Assembly: GCA_039621445.1 (NCBI GenBank)
Contig: CP154954.1
Span: forward strand, 20,074,642 to 20,138,641
Reading direction: 5' to 3'
Length of the DNA: 64,000 nucleotides
Origin: Euglena gracilis
Lineage: Eukaryota
Shown: piece after piece, positions 24,400-36,876 of the stretch
Position numbering within the stretch: the first letter of the stretch is position 1
How the letters are laid out: the number at the start of each line of letters is the position of its first letter
Notes under the pieces: model-generated
Told to the model about the DNA's origin: nothing
What the model saw: only the letters and a program-made list of their open reading frames with translations
The model's database searches: none
Made by a program: the position numbers and the translations under genes

Positions 24400-25357
24400 C
24401 AAGCACCTATGCCGACCGCAGCCGACCGCAACGGGCCGCGGGTTTCAGGACTGTCATAGGTGGGTTGCCGACCGCGCAACCTTTTTCTAATTGATGTCAA
24501 TTTTTCAGTGAGAATGAAGAATTAGGCTCATTTTTATCCCAGATTTGGAGATTTTTCTGGCTCATGTTGTCGCTTTTGGCCACTTTTGGCCATTTTAGGT
24601 CGCTTTTGTCCCCTTTTGGCTTATTTGCCACCATATTTCACCAATTTTGACCATTTTTTTTGGCCACTTTTTGCCCACTTGTTGTAATTTTGTGCCAGTT
24701 TGGGCCATTTTTGACCATTTAAAGCCATTTTCAACTTTTTTTTTGTTATTTTGCCCATTGCCCATTTTTTTGGTCTCTTTTGGTCCAATTTGACCATTTT
24801 TGAGCATTTTGCGCCAATTTGTTGCCAAAAGTGAACAAAAGCTGCTAAATTGATGGCCAAAAGCAGGGCCATTTCGGGCCATTTTTGGCTTTCTTTGGAC
24901 GACTTTGGGCATTTTTTTTTGTTATTTTTGCCTGCTTTTGGTAACTTTTTGGTCCATTTTGATCATTTTTGACCATTTTGCGCCAGATGCAGCTTCTGGA
25001 GTCGCAAAAACAGTGGCCAAAACAGCTTTTCTTTGGCCTCTTTTGCCCACTTTTGGCCATTTTAACCATTCTTGGCCACTTTTTGGCCATTTTAGGTCAC
25101 GTTTGGCTGCTCTTGATGTCAAAAGCAACAAAAAGACGTTTAAAGTGGCCTGAAAGTGGCCAGAAGTGGGTAAAAATGGCCAAAAGCAGAGAAAAGTGGT
25201 CAAAAGTGGGCAAAAGAGGCCAAAAGTGGTGAAAAGAGGTCAAATAAAATCAAATATATACTCATTTTTTGTTGGCCTGCCCCCCACCTACGGCCGACTA
25301 TTTTGCCGACCGCAGCCGACCATGGGGCTAAAATTTGGAATCTGTCATAGGTGCTTG
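24400..25357. mobile_element. Non-autonomous hAT element with low-complexity ttttggccac interior
   Basis: TIR caagcacctatg / cataggtgcttg; TSD gttttggg / gtttcggg (7/8); inserted inside an aggcaccc-family MITE. Confidence 0.75.
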
Positions 25358-26080
25358 GTTTCGGGGACGGGTTGGGCAGGCACCCCGATCCTGTTTTCTT
25401 TACCCTTTTGGCAAGAACCCACCCGGGTACCCCGGGCTGCCCCGCCCACCCCCGGGTGTGCCTGCTATGGGCAGGCACCATATAGCACCCACCCCCCCCT
25501 CCCCCAGTCGGTAAAAAAAAAAGCTGCACCAAGCCAATTTTTTTGTTTTTCTTGTCTTCCCCTCCCATTGACGTTTGGGTCAAGGGTGATGGACGTTTTA
25601 TTGTTGATTTACACCTGCGCCTTCCTTGCGGGACCTCTTCGGGCCTTGAAAGGGTTCAAAGTCTTGGCTTTGGGTCTCCCAATCATACATCTCTTTGAGG
25701 TTTTGCAGACCCCCTGGGGGGGCTGCTGTAGCCAGCCCCGATTCTGGTCCAGCCCAGCTGCAGCCCCCCCCCCCCCCGGTCACAGGTTGCAGGTCATGGG
25801 GGTGTTATGACCACCCCTCCCGGTCACAGGTTGCAGGTTGCGAAAAATTTAACGCCACTTTACCTACAACCGCCCCCTCATTTACGACCACCCCCCCCCC
25901 CCCGGTCACAGGTTGCAGGAACCCGGTCATACGACAAGGGGAGGGGGGCAGGTAAAAACAAATTCGCCCAGGCTTCTCTGCTCCTCTGTAAAGCAAAGGG
26001 AGAGGGAGGTTCGACCCTCCAACCCCCGAAAGCGTCATGTTTCTTTTTCCAAGCCTGCCCCTGACCCAGGGCAGCGTTGA

Positions 26081-26170
26081 GAGCAAGTGGGACCCTGGCG
26101 GCAAGCCATCGAGGAAGCGGAGACTACCCCCGGGATCCGCACGGATGCCGCCGCCCCCATCGCCATGTGA
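26081..26170 (+). CDS. Terminal coding exon of paralogue 2 (EQVGPWRQAIEEAETTPGIRTDAAAPIAM*)
   Basis: GC3-rich; homologous to 12735-13062; TGA at 26168-26170; 5' boundary approximate. Confidence 0.6.
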   Translation, partial: EQVGPWRQAIEEAETTPGIRTDAAAPIAM

Positions 26171-29100
26171 GGCAGGCACCGGACCCCATCCAAGTAAGGC
26201 AGCCCCAGAGCATCTTCACAGCTGTGCTGGGACCCTTTTGAGCTTGGCCGACAGTTCCAAAGTTGGCATGAGCAGCGGGTTTGCTTTTTTGAAATGGAAC
26301 CTTGCCCACCTTCAACCCCACCCCTCGAAGCGTGTGGCAGTGGCACTGGGGGGCAGCATTGGGGCGCTGTGTTGTAAGAAAAGGGCCTTTTTGCCAATCC
26401 CCTCCCCTTTCCTGCTCATATTTGCCCTCCCCCCCAAAGTTGGTTTATTTTCCCCCTCCTCTGTTTCTGCGGAGGTTCTCCAGAGAGTCTGGTTGCCTGA
26501 GGGCCCAAAGGTTCCCAGGCTTCAGGACTGGCGCCTGCGTGGCAGGTGCCGTCACCGACTCGCCCATCCCATCGTCTTTTCGTTGTGTGTTGTTGTTGTT
26601 GTCGTGGAAGAAACAACGTCGTGGCAGGGCGTGGGCCAGCACAAAAAAAGTGAAGAGCACAAGGGTCAAGCCATTTCAGATTCCGTCTTTTTTTGCATTT
26701 GTCGTCAAACTAGAAGCCACCGTTTATTTTTTGATATTTTTATTTTGCCGGAAAAATTTCCACTCTCTTCGAATGCGTAAGTTTGCTAAAATCTCTGACA
26801 TCAGCCACCAAGACCAAGGTTTGGTGGCCCTCGGCTGGGGGCCCGGCGTCCAAGCCAGCAGCCCCCAGCCACGGTGGGGGGCCTGTAGCCTGGTGTTCAG
26901 TAACAGGGGAATTAAAATACCTTTACATTAGGCATTTTAGAGCTTCAACTTTTAGGTTCCTAATGCTTTCTTTTGATTTTCCAGTTTTGATATTTTGAAT
27001 TTTTTTGACTTTTTGACCCCCCCCAAAATGGCCCCAAAATAGCCAAAAAAGGCTGCATTTGGGGCCAGGCATACAGCTGGCCCTGGCATCCCATACGGAG
27101 TGATGGATTGTCCCAGGGGCTTTTTTTCTAGGTCAAAAGATCGATTTTTGGAAATAAATTTGACCCAAAATCTCACCTCGGCGAAATGTGGTGAGGTGGC
27201 ATGGCCTGCCCAGTTTGGACCCTTTTCAGTTGAATTACTCACGGGTCTGGCAGGGAGTTGGGGGGGGGGGGTCAAACGGGGGTGCTTCAGAAAGCCGCGA
27301 TCCAGTCAGATGTGACTGAAAGATAATTCCAGGAATGGGGCCAGTGAATTCCGGGAATGGTGATGATCTGCAGTTTGCATTGCCGACAGGACTGGAGGGG
27401 CTGGACCAGGAGTTTTCTTATCTGCAGGGGGGGGGGGTCCAGCCAGCTTTTTTTCCAGCCGAGCTGTGGACCCCGGGGGTCCGCTGAAATAAAGTTTGGG
27501 CCAGCCGGGCAAACCCGGGCTGGACCAAAAGAATTCTATGCGCAAATTGCTGAATTTTTTTGAAAAAGGGGTCAAAAATGGCCACAAAAAAATGGCATTT
27601 ATGGGTGGTTTTTGGGTCTTCACCACCTAATTTTGGCAGAAAAATGCTAACCAGTTGGATTTGGGCTTTTTTGGCAATTTTTTTTGGTACCCGCTGGGTC
27701 CAGCTCCCAGCCAGCCGGACCCCCGCCCCCCCCCCCCCCCCCCCGGACTCCCCACCCCCCAGGGGGGGGTCCAGCCAGCACCTTTTTCCAGCCGGCCCGC
27801 AGGACCCCCTGTTGGTCCTTGAGAAATCCCTGGACACCCTTTCCCCTGTGGTAAAGACAAAAAAAAGACAGGGGGGAGGTGGAAACACAAACACGTTTTT
27901 TGAGGGTTTTTTATGTTTTTCGCTTTTGGAAAAATTGGCGGTTTTTTTTTGTGTTTTTTTCCCGGCGATTTTGGTATTTTTTTTGTAAATGTCCTTGACA
28001 AAAGACATTTTTTGTTTTGGCCCCGATTTTCCCCTGAGACCAGAAATTTGGTTTATTTTTTGTCATTTTTGCATTTTTTTGGTGTTTTCGGCCGATTTCG
28101 ACTGGATTTTGGGTGAGTGGGTGGGTGGTTGACCCCCCCCCCCCGGAGGGTCATGGGTGGGTGGGTTTGCCTTGGTCTGCCCCCCCCCCCCAATGTGATT
28201 TGGCATCGTACCAGGCTTCTTGTGAAGTCAGATACCCCCCCCCCCAGTCTGGCAGGGCAGAACGGGAATCGGCCAAACAGCCGGGGGGGGGGGGTAGACC
28301 CCCCACCACCCACTCTTCCCGTTTTTCTGGTGACACCAGTTTTTGGACCCCAAGAATTTTCCCCGGCGCCAAAGGCGCTGGGGGTGTTTTGGACCCATTT
28401 TGGGACCCATGTAGGAGGTCCCCCCAAACCCCCATTTTTTCACACTTTCCAAAATTTCAGTTTCTCAACATTTTGATTTTGAGAGGATTTTGAAGCAAAA
28501 ATGCCATTGAAAATCCAACAGAAACCCTGGACCTCTGGCCGGGACCCTGGCTTGGGGTCAGACAATTGTTTAAGCACTGACCAACCCTCCCCCCCCCCCC
28601 GGGGGGTGGGTGACTGGTTTTTTCAAAGTGACTGACTGGTTTTTTTGCCCGAACCCCTCCCCCCCCCCCCCCCGGGGGGGTCGGCCAGGAGTGGGCAAAA
28701 GTGGCTTGAGGGACCCCCCCGGGGGGGGGGGGGGGCTAGCCAGCCCAAATTTCTAGCCCTAGCCCAGCAGGACCCCCCACCCAGCCCAGCACGGGACACC
28801 CCAAAAATTGGGCTGTCCATTCCCCAAAATTTTTTCGCCGCTTTGTGCTGAAACCCACACCCGGGCCTCTGGCCGGGACCCCAAGCATACAATTGCTTAC
28901 CGGGGGGGGGGGGAGGGGTCACTCCACTTTTCCAAAAAACCAGTCAGTCACTCATTTTCAAAAAACCAGCCAGTCACTACCATACATCTCTTTAAGGACC
29001 CCAGCAGGACCCCTCGCCGCGGGGGGCTTCAAAAGAAGTCTGCATCGTAGTCAGTGACGTTGGAATCGGCAACCTTTTGCACAGCTGGCCCCACCTTTTC

Positions 29101-29385
29101 AGTGTGTCGCCGCCCTGGCTTGCACTGGCCATCCTCCCCTCAGTGGCGGCCGTCTGGCCCATCGCCGTGGCTGCCACCCCTGTATCGGATATCGTCCCTC
29201 CCCCTGCACCTTGCACCCCCTCGTGCACTCCCCCGGCGTAGCTCTTGCTGGGGGTGTCCTCTGCGGAGGTGTACTCCCCACCCAGCCCTGCTCAGTGGAC
29301 TGCACTCCCTCTGGTGGGTGTAATGTGCAAACGTGCTTTCAAAGGTGTTCTTTCTGTCCCCTCCCCCGCCCCCATGTCCAATGAG

Positions 29386-30923
29386 CAGGCACCTATAGCT
29401 AAAATGGCCTAAAATGGCCTAAAATGGCCTAAAATGGCCTAAAATGACTTTTTGACCCCCTATAGGTGGGGGTCCCTAAAATGGCCTAAAATGGCCTAAA
29501 ATGGCCTAAAATGGCCTAAAATGGGAAAAATTTTGTTGCACAACAATTTTTTTTGTGAACAACTGGGGCCATTCAGGTACTGAATTTTGGTGTCTTTTGT
29601 CAATGTGGAATGAGGCGTGGGGAAAAAGACAGAAAAAAATGAAAGATGTTGAAAAAAAACTCAATTGAAAGGGGTGTATCGTTAGGTACTGGGGATTTCT
29701 TCAAATCAGAACCAGCACAATTTTAGGGATTTTCCAAAACCACAAATAATCACGCCGAATGATCAAATGACCTAAACAACTACAAACAATTATGAATGAG
29801 ATTCTCTCTTATTTATGAACGTGTTCAGAGGGTTTTCTTTTTTAGTATTAATTTTCTCCAAGGGGGAAACCAAATATGGAGAAGAGGATTGTTTTCAGCT
29901 TTGCCCTTTGATCTCTGCAATCGCCAAAAAAGGCCCAAATGGCTAAAACAATGCCAAAATTAAATTGAATCTCACCAGGCAACAGCATCAAATTTGACGT
30001 TGGACCGAGAATCCCCAAATGACGTCTAAGGTTGGGGGTGTCTTATGGCGTGGGTGGGGTCTTATATTTGGGGGGAGGTTAAGGCTTGGGAGTCAATCTT
30101 CAGGTACCAACTTTGAATGCATAGACCCCCCCCCAGAGTTTGGCTCCCCTCCTCTTTCCATTCACACTTGGATCCTTAATTTGTGTATCTTGGCCCAATT
30201 TTTTTCCAAAAAAATTGGCTTTTTTTTGTGCTGAAAGTTTGACACTCGTGCAAACTTGCTCTCCCATCATCACGTCACAGTGGCCTGTGAAATACCCGAC
30301 AAAAAAAGTCTCCACTCATTACCCTCAATTCCCCCACCTTCTCGAGTTAAACTCCTCAAAATTGTTGCACACACAACACACAACCTAAAACTTTGGGAAA
30401 CATAGATTTTGGACCAGATGGGAAAAATATAAGCCACGTGCAGACAATGAAGATGAATTATTCCCCCAGAAAAGTCAGAAACTTCTTTTTGCGAAATCCC
30501 GCAAAATGGTATAGATTTCACAAAATACAAAAAACTGGGCGCTTTTTTGGTCGCACGAATGAAAATTTTTAATATTTGTCCAACGTTTTTTTCCTGAAAA
30601 TCTTTCACTGCCACAAATTCTTATTGTTCAGAAGTCCTCTATGGGGCATGAATTAAGATTTGTTGAGCTTCCCATTGTTTTGATCCAGTGTTCATGAATT
30701 TTGCATGCTTTTTTGGATGTACATTTCTCATTACTGAATAAGAGAAGGTTCGCACACGTTATTATGCAGTTTTCGGGACAAAAATGACGCAAAATTATGA
30801 TTTTCAGAACCCCCACCTATACCTTAAAATGGCCTAAAATGGCCTAAAATGGCCTTAAATGGCCTAAAATGGCCTAAAATGGCCTAAAATGGGGAAATTT
30901 TTGGGCTTGACTATAGGTGCTTG
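29386..30923. mobile_element. Non-autonomous hAT element (aaaatggcct family), copy 2
   Basis: TIR caggcacctatag / ctataggtgcttg; perfect TSD ccaatgag (29378-29385, 30924-30931); internal blocks homologous to copy 1. Confidence 0.9.
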
Positions 30924-31134
30924 CCAATGAGCACAACAGTCACCTCGCTGTTTGTTGGACACAAGGGGTATCAGATTCCTTTTTTTTTGCAGAACGCATT
31001 ATAAGTCAGCATTCCATAGTTCAAACGTAGATTTTTCCCCGAAACACATCACAAGTGAGATGTGAGAAGCAGTTGGCGGAAGAGGGTTTGAAGACAGTTT
31101 TGATGTAAATGCGTTGCCTTGACCTGTCCATTCA

Positions 31135-31250
31135 CTCCCCAACCCTCGGCCAAGTTGTAAGTGCCGAGAAGCTGTCCATCAGGGTCGAAAACCATTGATT
31201 TCCCCTGTGATTGCCGCACCTCAGCAACCACAAGGGTCCCAGCCAGTGCC
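31135..31250 (-). CDS. Possible exon (GTLVVAEVRQSQGKSMVFDPDGQLLGTYNLAEGWG)
   Basis: Unique protein-like sequence; boundaries not resolved. Confidence 0.3.
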
Positions 31251-31679
31251 CAAGAGGGGTGGGGGCACAGGGGAAGAAAGCTCAAAAACGGAAACAGCGT
31301 GAAGAGGGGTGAAGCCACAGAACACAGGGCGTAATGCGGGGTGGGGGGGGGCTTGCGAGTGTGTGAACGCACAGCAGTCCACAGCAACCGTATGGGAGGC
31401 GCACCATCGCCTCCTGTCTGAGGGTATTGTCAGAGTAGCACACCGACGCATTACTGGCTTTGGATGCCAACAAGCTGTCCCCAGTTTTTGCCCCACCATG
31501 GGATTGCCGCTTTGAGCCATCGTTATTCAAAAGCTGCAAAGCATTGTTGTGCAAAGCATCCATCGCCCAGGGGCTGATGGGATGAGCTTGTTCATTTGCT
31601 TCTTGTCATGGAACGGAATATGCCCATTTTTTGGGAAGGCAGGATGAGCCTTTTCCCTCTGTCTCTTCTTCAAACAGCA

Positions 31680-31875
31680 ACTGCCAGCGATGCCCGAAGC
31701 TTTGCTCTGTCCCGGGCGTGGCCCTGCCCCTCATCCTCCTGGGCATCGCCTGCTTTCCACGGTGGTCGTTGTCGCTTTGATCCTGACCAGGTGCAGTGCC
31801 GCACATCGTTCTCGGTCTCGTGCTTCGGCAACGTCAAAAAGGAGGGCAAAGTTTGCAGCTCCCCAACGCGCATTG
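31680..31875 (-). CDS. Possible exon(s) (MRVGELQTLPSFLTLPKHETENDVRH...DAQEDEGQGHARDRAKLRASL)
   Basis: GC3-biased unique sequence; boundaries not resolved. Confidence 0.35.
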
Positions 31876-34369
31876 CTCATTGCTGAACGAACACCTCCCC
31901 CCCCCCCCCTCGGGGGGAGGTGATTGACTGGTTTCTTCAGACTGACTGGTTTTCTGGCCAAGAACCCAGGGGGGGGGGGGATGAAAAAGTGGCTGGCCGG
32001 GGGCCGAAGGCGGAATTTTTTTTTGAAATCATTCCGCCACAAATGTTCATTCCTCACCCTCATAACTCCAGTGTAGCCGATCCCTCTGGGGGGTAAAGTG
32101 GCCGACTGGTTTCAGAATTTTCACTCGCCCCCCCCCCCCTGGGGGTCACTGAGCAGACACCTCGGGCTCCGCACTTTGCCCTTGCGAGGCCATGCCTTGC
32201 TCGCCGGCGGTGTTTGGATTGTTTTGGCGCGTTGGTTTAGGAGTCCCTGCTTAGTGCCGCCTCGCCGGAGTTGGCTGAACGACGCTGCTCCGACTTGGCG
32301 ACGTGACTTCTTACCCCTGGGGAGGGGTCCCCCCCTCTGCCCCCCTTGGCCCCCATTTTCTGCCCCAGGGCCCTTGAAGACAAATTTTCTTTTACAGGTG
32401 GGGGGGTCGGGCTCACAAGGTCTTTGTGCTTCGCCCTCGGTGTCCCTTCCTCCCTGGTCGGTTTTCCTCGAGGGAGTACGACTGGATGGTCAAAATCTTT
32501 GGAACATAAAGTTTTTCTTGCTCCAAGGCTCGGCACCTGCTGCCCCCCCGGCGGCAGCATTGTTTGTGCCAGGCGTATGCTCTTTTCCCTTCCGATGAGA
32601 GGAGGGGACACCGAGGGCGAAGCACAGACATTGCCTTGCTCGCCGGCGGTGCTGCGCGGCTGTTTGTTGCGTTTGGTGAGGGGGTCCCGCCTCGCCGGAT
32701 TAGGCTGATGATGCGGCTCAGTGGAAGTGCCTTGCTCAGGGAAAGTTCGTAGCCCGAGGCGCCCCGCACCCCCCCCCCCGCGGAGGAACTTGGGTGGAGG
32801 GAGGGGTGCCGAGGGTCAGGTCGAGCTCCCCCCCAAGACCCTGACGTGACCGCGTTTCTTTGCCGGCGCTGTGCTCGTGTGTTTTTCGCGGGGTTTTTGA
32901 ATGTGTTGAAGGATCGACGCCCGAGGGTGACAAGAGACTTCTAGAGTCCAAAGCGATTTGAGGTGGGCAAGTGGTGGCGGACTTGGGCATAGCTTTCCCC
33001 CTCTTTTTTTTCTGCCATGGGGGTGGGGAGGCTGGCCCACACCGCTGCCGTTTTTGTGTGTGTGTCGTTCATCGTGACACTTCCAAGGTGTCAAAGACCC
33101 TCAGAGTTCGAGCGAAGCGCAAACACCCGATTAGAGCACTCAGCGCTTCAGTTGGGGTGGCATTGGCATCCCCGGGGTATTTTTAAGGGGACGGAAGCAG
33201 CAACGGAGTTCAAATGTGTGAATTGGAAAATAAGGTTGGCAAAACTGCAGAAATCTCACAAACAAGCAGGATCCCACCCTGCCCTTGTGCTTCGCCCTCC
33301 TCGTCATTTCCTCCTGGCCCTAAAAGTCCCCGAGTGCATTAATGCTGCGACATTTTTTTTTGGTGATAAATTCTGGCGGGCCCCTATGGCAGCACAGGTG
33401 CGCTTCCATTTGGACCGCACCCGCGCATCTCATCAAAATGGGGAGCGTGCTTGTAGCAGAAAGCCACCTTGGCCTGCGGGTGGGGGGAGGTGCTTTTATT
33501 TGGACACTACGCTTGCACCGGCCCCATTGTTCCATCAGGGGGAGGGGTATGTCAGAAAGTGAAACTGGGGCGGTTCCCTCGCGTGTTGCATTGTTGAGCA
33601 ATAGAAAATCACAGAATGATTCGCTCATGGTTCGCGTTCGAGCTGTGGACGGAACGCTGTATCTACAAATCAGCACGTACTTCAAAACATAAACAAAAAA
33701 GCAGGATGGGGTTGGTCAAATCGGCAAACACGTTCAAAGACTTTCAGAAAAACCCCATCAACTGTCTGAGGGTGCAAATTAATGTACGACTTCCAAATGC
33801 CGGGTTCCATTGGTTGACCAGTGCGGCAGCTTCCCAAGGGGTGGATCAAATTTGGAAACTTATGGCTGATGTCAAACACTTGTGCTTTCATGTCATGGGG
33901 ATGTTGTGGGCGTATGGTGAAAAAAATGCATCCCCTGCATGGCTCGTTTCGGGTGCAGGAGCAAGGCGCATCAAAGCAAAGCTTGGTGCAGCACTTGCAT
34001 TGTGACAATGTTGATGCAGACCCAAAGCTGGGCCTCAACCATCCAATCAAAAAAATATTGTGAGGAATCCGTCTCAAAAATGACGCACATAGAAATGAGA
34101 ATGGACGTGGATGATAATGCTTTTGAATAATATTCAGACTCCTGGGTTTAAGCGAAAGCCAATTTTGGGACCAAAATTGGCCAAATATCTGCCAAGAAAA
34201 ATTGACCTTTTGGAGGGAGGGTCCGGGTGCATGGTCGGACTAGACCCCCTGCCATTATGGTCAAAGGGGACACCCACCTAAACCCTGGACACCTTCCTAG
34301 CCCTGGGGTCAAAAAAAAACAACCTTTAAATTGTTGGTTCAGCACTTCACAAAAATCTGTCCAAATAAA

Positions 34370-34416
34370 AAACACACACGATACATAACGCACACACATG
34401 CACACACTCACATACA

Positions 34417-34470
<54 letters not shown>

Positions 34471-34492
34471 GCACGCAACACAACACACACAA
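34370..34492 (+). repeat. (CA)n microsatellite
   Basis: Direct reading. Confidence 0.95.
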
Positions 34493-36296
34493 GTACATGC
34501 ATACACCTCGTCCTAGTGCCTCGACAACAGTGCCAATTGTTGTCAAAGTCAAAGCCCATGAAAGCGCAAGAAATCCCCCAAGAGGGGAGGAGCCAACAAC
34601 GTTCTGTGAAAAGGCAGAGATTTTTCTTAAACTACATGCTGCGCACTAGCAACAGAGCTTCAATAAGAGCTGATGCATTTAGGGGGTCCAGATACTCTCA
34701 TCGAGGATTCTTGCCACCGGCATACTGGGAATAAGACACACTTGGATTCATTCCTTCAAAATTCTGTGGTTCAAGGTGGGGAGAAGGCAAGCACTTCAAA
34801 TTCGTGCCACAAGCAGAATTTTGAAACAATCCCCAAACACAAAAAGAAGAATGCAAAAAAAATTTTGATGCAAGAAAACACAACCCCTTGGAGGGGAAAA
34901 AAAAGCGAAACCCCGAGAGGAACATGACTGGCTTTTTTTCAAAAAAAAATGCAAAATAAAGCAACTTAAAGAAGGGGAAAAAACTGTCTTCTTCCTGAAA
35001 CAGTTTGTTTTGTTGATTTTTGAATGCAAAAAAAATGTGCATTCCTAATTTCACGCCTTGCACAATTCTAGAAATTATTGTTCTTGGACAAGGAGAGCCG
35101 GGATATGATGCTGACCACATGCAGCTATTTCATACAACCTGCCCCCCCCCCCCCGGTTCATTGGCTTGGGCCACGTTGGCCCCAACGGGCCGAGGTCCAA
35201 CTTTGGGGGGGGGGCATGTTGGCCCCAATGGAAGGGGACTATGACATTCCATTGCTTAGCGACCCCCCCGGGGGGGAGGGGGGTCACTTTCCACTCTGAA
35301 AAAACCAGTCAGTCACTTTACCCCCCCGGGGGGGATCGGCCACTCTTGAATGCGCTCATGTTGGCAAGGCAATATTGCCAAAAAGTCTCAAAAAGTTCCA
35401 AAAAAAGTTCCTTTGGCGCCAGGCCAGCCACTTTTCATTTTCGGGCCTACCCCACCTGGGGGGGGGAGGGGGCTCTTGGCCAGAAAAACTTTTGCGCATA
35501 TTTCATGGGGAAAACACCAAAACATTTAAAAGAAAAAAGGGCAATATGCTCAAAAGTGAGGGTAGCTCATTTTCTGGCGCTGTGCGCCAAAAGAAATTTT
35601 TTGCTATTTTTGGAACTGAGGGGGGTGGTGGGGGGTGGTCCGGACCCCCCCCTGCCGCCTGCCTCAAAACCGAAGGGCTTCCCATCTATCCCTGGGGACC
35701 CCACCTCCCATAGCGGATCATGCCAACTGGCCGCCCTTTTTTTCCAGCTTGTAGCATTTTTTCCAGCCTTGGACCCTCCCCCCATCGACAAGTTTAAATT
35801 CATTTTGCAGCTACCAAAAAGACCGGACACAAAAATTGCGCAAATCTTCCGGTGGTGTGCCAATGAGCCACTGTGAACCTGCCTTGGAGGGAAATTACCT
35901 CAGGTCGGAAGGTTTCACACACATCCTCCTCCATCCAAATATCACAGATGGTTTTTCCTTGGCACCATTGATGGAAAAAAACATCACATTACCAGAATGT
36001 TCAGACTAATACTTCGCTAGGAGTGGCATACAATAGAGGTCACAGAATACAATGTTTTTTTTGCGGAAATTTCGACTGACTGATTATTTCAAAATGCGGT
36101 TGCATGATGAACAAAAATCGAGCAATCTGCCCATTTTCCTGATATAAATTTCACCTGATGACAACGAATGTTGGTATTCTCAGCTCAGTTTCAAAAAACA
36201 AACAGAATCTGTTGGAAGCAGAAAACAACGCGGACCCCCTCGTAAAGCAGAACACTGGCATCGGTGGTGGCAGCAGAAGCACGTTCACACAACTAC

Positions 36297-36876
36297 CCCC
36301 AGCTCCGCCAGCTCCTTCTTCAGGGTGGGGATCATTGCCGTCCACTTCTCCCTTTCTTCCAAAAACTTGGGTCAGAAGCAGTGCTTGTCCACTCAAGGAC
36401 TGCTTCCAGCCTCACGGAGGGATTGCTCGAAGAACAGGCCAGAATTGGCGTACCGGAACCTCTCCTCGGCGCGCTGCATGGTGACCAGGCAGTTCTTTTT
36501 ACCAACCATGGGGGGGAGGGGGTCCGGAGTGCCTGCCCAGGCAGGCACTACCCCCCCCCCCCGGGGGGGTCGGATTTCGGCCTGTGCCCAGGCACATTCC
36601 TTTGAAAATAGGCCATTTTTGGCTCCCTGGCACCTTGGGCGCCGGGGTCTGTGCAAGGGCACTTTTGGCCGTGTGCCCTACCCCCCCCCCCGGGGGGGGG
36701 TCGGATCGGGAGTGCCTCGTGCCTTGGAGCGCCTGCCCAGGCAGGCACCCCCCCTCCCCCCGGGGGTCAGCACCCGACTAAAATACATACAATACAACCT
36801 GATGGTGACTGGGATCGTTCCCCCATGGTTCCCTTCGGGCTTCTTTTTTGAGTCCACGTTGGGCCGATTTCCACAC
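36297..36876 (-). CDS. Coding segment of unknown protein in three pieces: 36876-36805, 36480-36406, 36372-36297 (..VDSKKKPEGNHGGTIPVTMQRAEERFRYANSGLFFEQSLREAGPKFLEEREKWTAMIPTLKKELAELG)
   Basis: ttttag acceptor and GT donor at the outer ends; continuous GC3-rich frame once the MITE plus one TSD and a 33-nt stem-loop are removed; other frames are also open. Confidence 0.5.
36486..36801. mobile_element. hAT-type MITE (tgcctgcccaggcaggca family)
   Basis: Ends cagg / cctg; perfect TSD atggtgac (36478-36485, 36802-36809); copies at 50682-50983 and 52510-52805. Confidence 0.9.

Noticed and set aside
35890-36480. DUF4062-like domain (ILACSSSNPSFLEEREKW...)
   Set aside because: Requires a frame with poorer codon bias, and the downstream motifs could not be joined
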